Virus record (IMG/VR): IMGVR_UViG_3300008255_001700
Location: 1-24,677 of that record
Reading direction: 5' to 3' (one strand)
Source: a virus
Lineage: Duplodnaviria; Caudoviricetes
Length of the DNA stretch: 24,677 nucleotides
The position numbers were made by a program, and so were the translations under genes. Every line of letters starts with the position of its first letter. Position 1 is the stretch's first letter. The notes beneath the pieces are model-generated. The model searched no databases and was not told the DNA's origin. It saw only the letters and a list, made by a program, of their open reading frames with translations. Shown in pieces: positions 24,541 through 24,677 of the stretch.

Positions 24541-24542
24541 AT

Positions 24543-24677
24543 ATGCAACTAAAAAGAACACAAACAAAAAACGGCTGGATTGTAACACTTACACAAGATA
24601 ATACCAATTACGTAGGCGAGGGCAAAACACTCAAGCAAGCCATGAAGCAAGCGTTTATGTTATTTATATTAAGATGG
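24543..24677 (+). CDS. Small hypothetical protein (partial)
   Basis: MQLKRTQTKNGWIVTLTQDNTNYVGEGKTLKQAMKQAFMLFILRW, open to the window end, 2 nt after the previous stop. Confidence 0.6.
   Translation, partial: MQLKRTQTKNGWIVTLTQDNTNYVGEGKTLKQAMKQAFMLFILRW

Noticed and set aside
3828-24588. Overlapping ORFs in the track (3828, 5245, 5978, 6425, 7916, 8792, 10780, 10905, 11550, 11990, 12307, 13633, 15198, 17052, 18071, 18387, 18407, 18715, 19824, 20697, 24172)
   Set aside because: Antisense or alternate-frame shadows of well-supported genes, with no motifs.
1-24677. Alternative genetic code (stop-codon reassignment)
   Set aside because: TAA, TAG and TGA all terminate full-length genes (e.g. 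1342, 465, 2064) and coding density is high under code 11.

Overview
Segment of a tailed dsDNA (pro)phage genome read mostly on the minus strand, using the standard genetic code. From right to left: a divergent cluster of small + strand 'early-like' genes, terminase small subunit, a ~1.1 kb opposite-strand island (two small ORFs, a switch-like hairpin, a long structured non-coding tract, a dif-like site), a hypothetical gene, terminase large subunit, P22-like portal, SLT transglycosylase, a tiny basic peptide, scaffold, decoration protein and HK97-fold major capsid protein. Directly after the capsid gene come three small paralogous proteins with pure Thr/Ser (mucin-like) tails and two more small proteins. 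A ~12.3 kb operon follows, with 9 soluble glycosyltransferases and 5 sugar-synthesis/tailoring enzymes, interrupted by a PD-(D/E)XK endonuclease. The window ends in a DUF2341/LamG-like adhesin gene. The best candidate novel system is a phage-encoded virion O-glycosylation ('glycocalyx') module with dedicated mucin-like acceptors. A second candidate is an RNA-level circuit: a GAGACAC(C) element 14-15 nt downstream of several late -10 boxes, whose complement lies in the loop of a C4/CI-sized hairpin RNA. A Patescibacteria (CPR) host is plausible but only inferred. All family calls come from motif recognition by eye; no searches were run.
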